From Nitrospirota bacterium (GTDB lineage: Bacteria > Nitrospirota > Thermodesulfovibrionia > Thermodesulfovibrionales > Dissulfurispiraceae): 64,000 nt of DNA. Both the position numbers and the translations under genes were made by a program. This document shows, one piece after another, positions 56,967 through 64,000 of this stretch. The stretch covers positions 160,001 to 224,000 of the forward strand of contig CAVPZX010000008.1 in the NCBI GenBank assembly GCA_963710375.1, written 5' to 3'. The stretch's first letter is position 1; every line of letters starts with the position of its first letter. The notes under the pieces were generated by a model. It was not told where the DNA came from, did not search any database, and was given only the letters and a program-made list of their open reading frames with translations.

Positions 56967-57140
56967 CAGGATAAGGGGAACACTTGTTTTTCGACGCGAT
57001 GCACGGGTCTACTGTAACAGGGGCGAGTAACGCCGAGCCCCACCTGAAAATGGAGTCAAGTATAGCTGCTGTGAAAACATCGGTATTTGCTTACAAAGGT
57101 AGTTTCAGCGCGTCGAAAAACAGGTGCTCCCCTTATCCTG
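56967..57140. mobile_element. MITE-like element copy B, inverted relative to A (32-bp inverted repeats, 2 mismatches)
   Basis: CAGGATAAGGGGAACACTTGTTTTTCGACGCG...CGCGTCGAAAAACAGGTGCTCCCCTTATCCTG; core homologous to the reverse complement of copy A. Confidence 0.75.
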
Positions 57141-57149
57141 ACTTCCTTA

Positions 57150-59300
57150 TTATTCTATTTGCTGTTCGATCAGCTCAGCAGTATGCATAACTTTGATCGC
57201 AGAGCCTTCTTTGTCAAAACCTCCCTTTATCTGCATAACGCAGCCGGGACAATCCATGGCAACAATGGAAGCGGATGTGTCCCTGATGTTTTTGAGCTTC
57301 CGTTGCAGTATGGGGGCGGAAATTTCAGGGAGCTTGAGTGAATAAGTGCCTCCCATGCCGCAGCACATGTCCGACTCAAACATTTCGACCAGGTCAAATC
57401 CTGATTTTTTCAGAAGTTCCCTCGGCTGATCATAGACATGCATTGTTCTCTTCAGATGGCAGGAATCGTGATAAGTGAGCAAAGGGGATGACTTTTCGGG
57501 GAGACTGTTCTTAAAGGTCAAGCGGCCTTCATCAGCCAGATTCTTGACTAAGGTGGAGAAATCCATTGCCAGCGCAGAAACCTCACGTGCCTGGGGCAAC
57601 CAATCGTTTTTGCCAAGACTCTCAAAAGTGTTGATGAATTCGTGTTTCAGTGCCACAGTGCAAGTCGGACAGGCTGAGACAATGTGCTGGACGTCTTCTT
57701 TAAGCAGGGCTTTGATGTTGTCGATTGCATTTTGGCCCGCAACCTCGTATGCTCCGCTATAGCGCGCGGGCGCTCCACAGCAAGTCTGCTCTTCAGGGAA
57801 TACGACCTCTATTCCTGCCTTATTCAATATCTTCACAACTGCACTGCCCATATCCGGATATGCAAAGTCTATGAGGCATCCGGCAAAAAAAGCGACCTTG
57901 ACCTTCTTTTTAGATATTTGGGACTGACCGATTTCTTTAAATTTGTCCCTGAAGGGCACAGGGGCTATGGACGGAAGGCTTCTGCTCTCGGTAAGGTTCG
58001 ACAGAAACATCGGGAGGTGGCGGATAAACCCCCCCTTCGCAAAAGGTTTTTGCGTTAACGAGGCGGTGCGGAGCATCGAATGGAAGAGCCTGCGGTTGTT
58101 CACCACAGAGAAGATAGCCTTCTGGGCGATCGATTGCCCCGCGTCCTTTACGATACGGCGCCTGATTTCGAGTATCAGTTCGGGGATGTCGATCTTTGCC
58201 GGGCAGACCTCCTTGCAATTGCCGCACTGGATGCAGAGGCTCTGAATGTCTTCAGATTGCTTCATTTCATCAAACCATGCAGTGAGTATTGTGCCGATGC
58301 CGCCCGTATAGACCTTGCCGAAGACATGACCGCCAACGAGTCTGAAGACAGGACAGACGTTGAGGCACGAGGCGCAGCGTATGCACTGAAGCGCCTGTCT
58401 GAACTTTGGGTCATTCGCCATCTCTGTCCTGCGGTTGTCCATCAGAATGATATGGAGGTCTTTCAACGACCCATCAGTGTTAGGAGTCCGGCCGGTGATA
58501 ATAGATACATAACTGGTCAGCAACTGGGACGTAGCACTCTTCGGAAGCGCTGTCAGAATGGGGACAATGTCTTTAAAGTCAGCAACAAGTTTTTCGATAC
58601 CGATAATTGCGACATGGATCTTTGGAAGTGTAGTGACAAGCCGTGCATTCCCTTCATTGGTGACAATTACTATGCTGCCGGTCTCGGCCACTGCAATGTT
58701 GGCTCCCGAGATACCCATGTCGGCAGTAAGAAACTTTGTGCGGAGCCTGGCCCGCGCTACCTTGACGAGTTGAGGGATGTCAGTGCTAAGGCGCTCATCG
58801 ACCTCTTTGCTAAAAAGCTCTGCGACCTCCTCTTTGGTCATGTGGATTGCCGGAAGTACCATGTGTGAGGGCCTCTGCCCAGCAAGCTGGATGATCCATT
58901 CCCCAAGGTCGGTCTCATTTACAGAGATACCATGGTCTTCGAGATAAGGGTTCAAATGGATCTCTTCCGACGCCATGGACTTGGATTTGACAACCTTCCT
59001 GACGCCGTTCTTCCTGGCGAGGTTGACTATATATTCCTTAATTTTTTCAGGATCTGTCGTCCTGAAGACCTTAGCTCCTTTCGCCTCGGCATTCCTGGTA
59101 AAAACCTCTGCCAGTAGATCGAGATGAGACGCAGCATACGATTTCAGTTCTGCGATCCTGGCCCTGAGGGCCTCAAAATCTATCCCTTCGTAAGCCTTGG
59201 CACGACTCGTCCTGTAGGCTTCCGAAAACCTGCCGAGCGCGCCCGTCAGGTTCGCATTCTGCAGGGCCGTATTTATGGATTCTCTGAATTCTTTTTTCAT
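57150..59300 (-). CDS. L-lactate dehydrogenase Fe-S subunit, LutB(LldF)-LutA(LldE) fusion
   Basis: KSKSM..EE, ETDLGEWIIQL, TNEGN, CIRCASCLNVCP, CIQCGNCKEVCP and two CCG domains. Confidence 0.92.
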   Translation of the reverse strand: MKKEFRESINTALQNANLTGALGRFSEAYRTSRAKAYEGIDFEALRARIAELKSYAASHLDLLAEVFTRNAEAKGAKVFRTTDPEKIKEYIVNLARKNGVRKVVKSKSMASEEIHLNPYLEDHGISVNETDLGEWIIQLAGQRPSHMVLPAIHMTKEEVAELFSKEVDERLSTDIPQLVKVARARLRTKFLTADMGISGANIAVAETGSIVIVTNEGNARLVTTLPKIHVAIIGIEKLVADFKDIVPILTALPKSATSQLLTSYVSIITGRTPNTDGSLKDLHIILMDNRRTEMANDPKFRQALQCIRCASCLNVCPVFRLVGGHVFGKVYTGGIGTILTAWFDEMKQSEDIQSLCIQCGNCKEVCPAKIDIPELILEIRRRIVKDAGQSIAQKAIFSVVNNRRLFHSMLRTASLTQKPFAKGGFIRHLPMFLSNLTESRSLPSIAPVPFRDKFKEIGQSQISKKKVKVAFFAGCLIDFAYPDMGSAVVKILNKAGIEVVFPEEQTCCGAPARYSGAYEVAGQNAIDNIKALLKEDVQHIVSACPTCTVALKHEFINTFESLGKNDWLPQAREVSALAMDFSTLVKNLADEGRLTFKNSLPEKSSPLLTYHDSCHLKRTMHVYDQPRELLKKSGFDLVEMFESDMCCGMGGTYSLKLPEISAPILQRKLKNIRDTSASIVAMDCPGCVMQIKGGFDKEGSAIKVMHTAELIEQQIE

Positions 59301-59852
59301 TGATTCATCGCTCCAGGCCCATCGACAAATATTATGATAAGTCTTTCCGGGCCATGGACGCCGATGGTAAGCACACGTTCGATGTCAGCCTGTCCGGCTC
59401 GGTCCGGTAATTAACGCCATATAGCCGCTCTCTTTGGGATCAATCTTAGTCAGCAGAGATGGCAGGTCTGCCAGAAGCCTGTCAGTGGCTGCCAGGGCTA
59501 CGTGGATAAGCGGCAGCGAAGATGCCAGCCTCTGATCAACCGCCGTAGAATCCTGCATCAGTGATCCCGTATTTGCTATGGCCCAATCCATCTGGGTAAT
59601 CCCTATTCTGGATTCCGCAGCAGCCTTGCGGCTGAAGTCGAACTTAAGTCCCGGCACTTTCTCAGATAGCTGCTTCCTGTCAAGCCCGTCGAGAAAGCGG
59701 CAATCGGCCCAAACAGCATATGACCCGGGATTGTCGGCAATGCCCTCTTTTTGGAGAAGCTCGATAATAAAATCAAGTGCCTCTGCGTCTGAACGAAAAC
59801 GATGGACTTCCGCATTTACCGCTTCAGCACGCATTTTGAATATATCAAACAC
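59297..59852 (-). CDS. lutC: LutC/LldG LUD-domain protein (+1 frameshift near 59389)
   Basis: Removing one G restores ITGPSRTADIERVLTIGVHGP; corrected stop overlaps the next ATG (ATGA). A possible upstream ATG at 59886 would need a second frameshift. Confidence 0.88.
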
Positions 59853-59904
59853 AGCCCTGGTCCTTCAGCACGATCTTCTTTCCCATTAGTACTTCCTGCT
59901 TCAG

Positions 59905-61684
59905 CTATACCCCTGCTGGATTGCCCATGACTCTGGACATCACTGTAACCAGCAATGCGAGACCCGCAGTCAAACCAAGATATGTCAATCCGTCAGATGG
60001 AAATGCCGGCTTTGCGGCAGCAGCCGCAGTCTGCGGCGACCACAGGAGGAGCCGCGGCCGCCACTTTTACGGCTACAGGCACAATCCATTTGATGACATA
60101 TGCCTGCAGACAAGCCATAAGGCCGATAACGCTGGTTAGGATAATGGAATGTTTTAGGGTAAAGCGGAAGATATCAGATTCGTGCCCCACAAGTCCTACA
60201 GCCGCAGTTGCAACAGAAAGGGACTGAGGAGAAATCATTTTTCCGCAAACGCCTCCGGAAGAGTTTGCTGCCACCGTGACAATCGGGTCGACGCCTATCT
60301 GGGTAGCGGTCACGTACTGCAGCTTCCCAAAGAGTGCATTGGAAGAAGTATCGGAACCGGTCATAAATACGCCGAGCCAGCCTAAGAATGCGGCAAAGAA
60401 CGGGAAGAGTACGCCCGTCATCGCAAAGGCGTTTCCGAGGGTAATCACCATACCCGAGAAATTAAAGATGTAAGCAAATCCGAGGATCGAAGAGATTGTT
60501 AATACAGGCAAGCGAAGCTTCTTCAGCGTGTCTCCGGCAACACTTAACGCCGTCGAGATCGACGCGCCCATTACAGGTATCGAGAATAGTCCGACAAACA
60601 GGATAGCGGTCCCCGTTGCGCTAAGAATGTTGAATATGTATACTGCGGGCATCGGCTTCCCACCCCTGATGACCATATTGTGAAGTCCGGGTATCTGGAA
60701 TTTGGCGAGGCCGTAAAAATCGAGGGCTGCCTTGATGGGCTTGATGCCCCAGGCAGCCACAAAAATAGAAAGGATAAGAAAAGGCGCCCACGCCCTGAAG
60801 ACCTGCCCGCCTGTACATCCGAGTTTCCCTCTGCCGCAGGCTGCCGCTTCATGGTCGAAAGTCCAGCTCTCTTTAGGGTGCCAGAATCTGAGGAAGAATG
60901 TCAGGCAAAGGATCGAGGTGATGGACGCAAGGATATCCGGGAGCAAAGGTCCCAGAAAGTTGGAAGATAAATACTGTACAATCGCGAATGACCCTCCGCT
61001 CACAAAGCAGGCCGGCCAAACTTCCACGCCTTTCTTCCAGCCGGACATAAGCACCACAAGGTAGAGAGGGATAATAACACTGAGGAAAGGCAGGGTCCGG
61101 CCAACCATCTGGCTGAGAGCCATCTGATCAACTCCGGCAACCTGTGCGCCGACTATGATAGGTATTCCGATAGCGCCGAACGCAACCGGGGCGGTATTGG
61201 CTATAAGACATATACCGGCAGCATAAAGCGGATTGAAGCCGAGACCCATCAGCATTGCAGCGGTTATGGCTACCGGCGCACCGAAACCGGCAGCGCCTTC
61301 AAGGAACGCGCCGAAAGAAAAGGCTATAAGAAGGGCTTGCATACGCCGGTCATCCGATATGGCGGCAAGCGATTGCTTGATGATCTCGAACTGCCCCGTC
61401 TTTACAGAAAGGTTATAAATGAAAAGGGCTGTGACAATGATCCATGCGACCGGCCACAAACCGAACAAACAACCATTGAGCGTCGCAAGCACCGCATACT
61501 GTACAGGCATTCCATAGCCGATAATGGCAATGAGCAGGGCTATCCCAACAGCGCTCATTGCCGCCCAATGTCCTGCCATCCTTTTGAACGCCAGCGCCCA
61601 GAAAAGATATATTACGGGAACTGCCGCCATCAGGGCGGAAAGACCGAGATTCCCTAAAGGATCAATCACTGTTTGCCAAGGCAT
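59905..61684 (-). CDS. lutP: L-lactate permease (LctP family), probable +1 frameshift near 60035
   Basis: DRRMQALLIAFSFGAFLEGAAGFG, NTAPVAFGAIG, GSDTSSNALFG and GKMISPQS motifs; a shifted frame gives an extra TM helix (DGLTYLGLTAGLALLVTVM) ending at TAG 59905. Confidence 0.92.
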
Positions 61685-61794
61685 ATTCTTCCTCCTCGTT
61701 TAATACTGGAATTTTAACGATGATTTAGTTTATGGCATTGGGTCAAAGAAGAGAATCGACGTTAGTCTGATTTTATTCATAGGGTTTTGTCCTA

Positions 61795-61905
61795 TAAAAA
61801 AGGCAGGTTAAGGTTAAGGTTAAGGTTAAGAAAAAGAAAAAAGACAAGGATAAAGTCTTAACTTTATTTTCTCAATCTCAACCTTAACCTTAACCTGCCT
61901 TTTTT
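61795..61905. repeat. Inverted hexamer array flanked by A/T runs (terminator-like)
   Basis: AAAAAAGGCAGGTTAAGGTTAAGGTTAAGGTTAAG...CTCAACCTTAACCTTAACCTGCCTTTTTT. Confidence 0.85.
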
Positions 61906-64000
61906 TACCTGCTTTTTTCAGTACACTTGTCCACAAGGTAAACGATCGACTGATAGTCTATGCTGCTGTGACGGGTCAGCCCGATCTCGCAGGTGCGGCT
62001 ATTAGAATATCCCGCAGAGCAATCAGCCGGGATCGATCCTCTCAGTTCAGCAAGGGCAGACGCGTTAAGCTCGGGATGAGAAAAGCCCCTGTCTCCTGCG
62101 AAGCCGCAGCATCCGACAGCGGGAGGAGTAATGACCTTCTCTGCGCATGCCTCGGCAACAGCCCTGAATTTCCCCGCAAGTCCCATCTTCACCGAACTGC
62201 AGGTAACATGAACCGCTACAGTGTCCGGCGCTTTCCTGAACGTCAGCCGGTCCATGAGAAATGTGTGGATGAATTCCACCGGCTCGTAAAGCTTCAGCCC
62301 CGAACTAAAGGCATTCCTCATGCGGTACAAACATGGACTGGTGTCGCATAGCACTGGATATTCGTCCCCGCCGCAGGCCAGAAGCGCTTTTTCGAGTTCA
62401 GCAGACATCCGGTCTGCCTGCTCGAAAAAGCCTTTGCTTTCGAATGGCAGACCGCAGCATAACTTTTCGATCCCTTCAGGGAACAACACGTCGTACCCTG
62501 CCTTTCTCAGGATGGATAGCATAGCCTCGAATACCTTTCTTTGGTCTTTATCATATTTGGAAGGACCCATGGTCCTCACTATGCAGCTCGGGAAATAGAC
62601 AACGGCACGGTCCGAGCCGTTCCTGATATCCCGGAACCGAGGAGCGGAAATCCCCTTCGGCATGTGACGGTTCCAGCGGGAGCTGCTGATTCTCTCCATG
62701 AGTGAAGAACCGAGTACCGAGTGCAAGACCCCTGCAGCCTTTAAACCATATCTGATGCCGGTCAACGCCAGGGGATAGTGGTCAGCGACCCACCGGGCCG
62801 CACGGATGCCGGGCAGACCATGTTTAAGAGAGCGAAGATATTTAGTCAGCCGCCCGGTATCGATTGCTATGGGGCAGGCCGTTGCGCATAAGCCGTCAGT
62901 AGCGCATGTCTGCTCCCCCAGGTAATTGTAGCTGTTTTCGAGAACTCGAAGCAGTCCGCCATTGTTGCCGGCTGCCCTGAGCCGGGAAATCTCCCTTTGC
63001 ACCGCGATGCGCTGTCTCGGCGTCGTGGTAATGTCCTTCGAAGGACACTTGACCTCGCAGTATCCGCATTCTATGCACCTGTCCACGATCTCATGGGTTT
63101 TCGGAAGAGGTTTCAGGTTTTCTATGTGAACAGCCGGATTATCATTTATCATCACACCAGGATTCAGGATGTTGTCTGGATCGAAGGCTTTTTTTGTCCT
63201 TTTCATCAAATCATATGCCTTCCTGCCCCACTCCAGTTCGACAAAAGGCGCCATGTTCCTTCCGGTCCCATGCTCGCCCTTTAAAGAACCGTTATATTTT
63301 TTCACTACTACATTACAAACATCATCCATGAAACTTCGGTACCTTTTCACTTCTTCGGGTAAGTTAAAATCCTGTGTAAACACAAAATGCAGATTTCCAT
63401 CGAGGGCGTGGCCGAAGATGATCCCCTCGCTATAGCCGTGTTTTTTCATCAGCGCCTGTAACTCAACTGTAGCACTCGCAAGCTTTTCGATAGGGAAGGC
63501 AACATCCTCGATTATGACCGTAGTGCCGATTTTCCTGGCAGCGCCCACTGCCGGGAAAAGTCCTCTCCTGACGTCCCAGAGCGTTTCATATTCCTCCTTC
63601 AAATCGGTGAATGAAACCGGCAGGACTGTATGGATGGCCCGCAGGGAATCCATGATCTCGTCTATCTGTCTTCTCAGGGTATCCTGGTCACCTGCCCGTG
63701 TCTCTATGAGCAGGGCAGCGGCCTCCTGGTCGAGCGACTTCAGATATGAAGGCATTCCTTCCCTTTCTTCCACGGAACGTAGAGACTCCCTGTCCATCAA
63801 TTCCACCGCGGAGGAAGGTCCCCCTTTCAGCATGATCGTTGCCTTGCAGGCATTCTCTATGTCAGGGAAGATGATGAGCGAGCTGGCTTTATGCGTATGT
63901 TCGACGACTGTCGCATAAGTAATCTCGGAAATAAAGCCGAGCGTGCCTTCCGAACCGATCATTAAGTGCAGGATTATGTCTATTGGATCGGTGAAGTCCA
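61905..64000 (-). CDS. FAD-linked/Fe-S D-lactate dehydrogenase (Dld-II type), 5' end off the window
   Basis: GSEGTLGFI, GHALDGNLHF, GEHGTG, FDPDNILNPG, CIECGYCEVKCP and CCG domains; upstream of the lactate permease. Confidence 0.88.
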   Translation of the reverse strand, partial: DFTDPIDIILHLMIGSEGTLGFISEITYATVVEHTHKASSLIIFPDIENACKATIMLKGGPSSAVELMDRESLRSVEEREGMPSYLKSLDQEAAALLIETRAGDQDTLRRQIDEIMDSLRAIHTVLPVSFTDLKEEYETLWDVRRGLFPAVGAARKIGTTVIIEDVAFPIEKLASATVELQALMKKHGYSEGIIFGHALDGNLHFVFTQDFNLPEEVKRYRSFMDDVCNVVVKKYNGSLKGEHGTGRNMAPFVELEWGRKAYDLMKRTKKAFDPDNILNPGVMINDNPAVHIENLKPLPKTHEIVDRCIECGYCEVKCPSKDITTTPRQRIAVQREISRLRAAGNNGGLLRVLENSYNYLGEQTCATDGLCATACPIAIDTGRLTKYLRSLKHGLPGIRAARWVADHYPLALTGIRYGLKAAGVLHSVLGSSLMERISSSRWNRHMPKGISAPRFRDIRNGSDRAVVYFPSCIVRTMGPSKYDKDQRKVFEAMLSILRKAGYDVLFPEGIEKLCCGLPFESKGFFEQADRMSAELEKALLACGGDEYPVLCDTSPCLYRMRNAFSSGLKLYEPVEFIHTFLMDRLTFRKAPDTVAVHVTCSSVKMGLAGKFRAVAEACAEKVITPPAVGCCGFAGDRGFSHPELNASALAELRGSIPADCSAGYSNSRTCEIGLTRHSSIDYQSIVYLVDKCTEKSR

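Noticed and set aside
56767..57140. CRISPR array or true retron
   Set aside because: Repeats are inverted, not direct with spacers; no cas or reverse transcriptase gene in the window.

Overview
A bacterial window with almost all genes on the minus strand. Gene content suggests an anaerobic Nitrospirota/Desulfobacterota-like lineage; this is inference only. Positions 1-47.1 kb are one continuous flagellar/chemotaxis cluster. In transcription order it runs: a FleQ-like sigma54 activator lacking an N-terminal regulatory domain; TPR-FleS-FleR; flgBC-fliEFGHIJ-motE; fliK-flgD-short flgE-like-flgE; fliLMNOPQR-flhBAFG-fliA; HEAT-cheR-cheY-cheY-cheA-cheW/cheZ fusion-cheB; HDOD; flgFGAHIJ; flgMN-flgK-flgL (truncated by the window). 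Sigma54 and sigma28 promoters and two candidate activator-binding motifs are readable. Positions 47.4-56.7 kb hold the best candidate for an undescribed system. Directly behind tRNA-Gly(CCC) lie three paralogous membrane proteins, each a degenerate MshEN/T2SSE_N domain fused to 3, 3 or 2 DUF202 (YidH/Vtc1-like) units with long R-T-x-x-A-x-x heptad ladders. They are followed by a sensor kinase, a single-domain response regulator and a PEP-synthase-like phospho-His enzyme. Positions 57.1-64 kb hold a lactate utilisation operon. Other signals: (1) palindromic heptamer/hexamer repeat elements, some of which encode the signal peptides of FlgH, FlgA, FliP and MotE; (2) three MITE-like families; (3) strong Arg/Lys depletion in surface-exposed hook proteins; (4) six single-base frameshifts that are probably sequencing errors.
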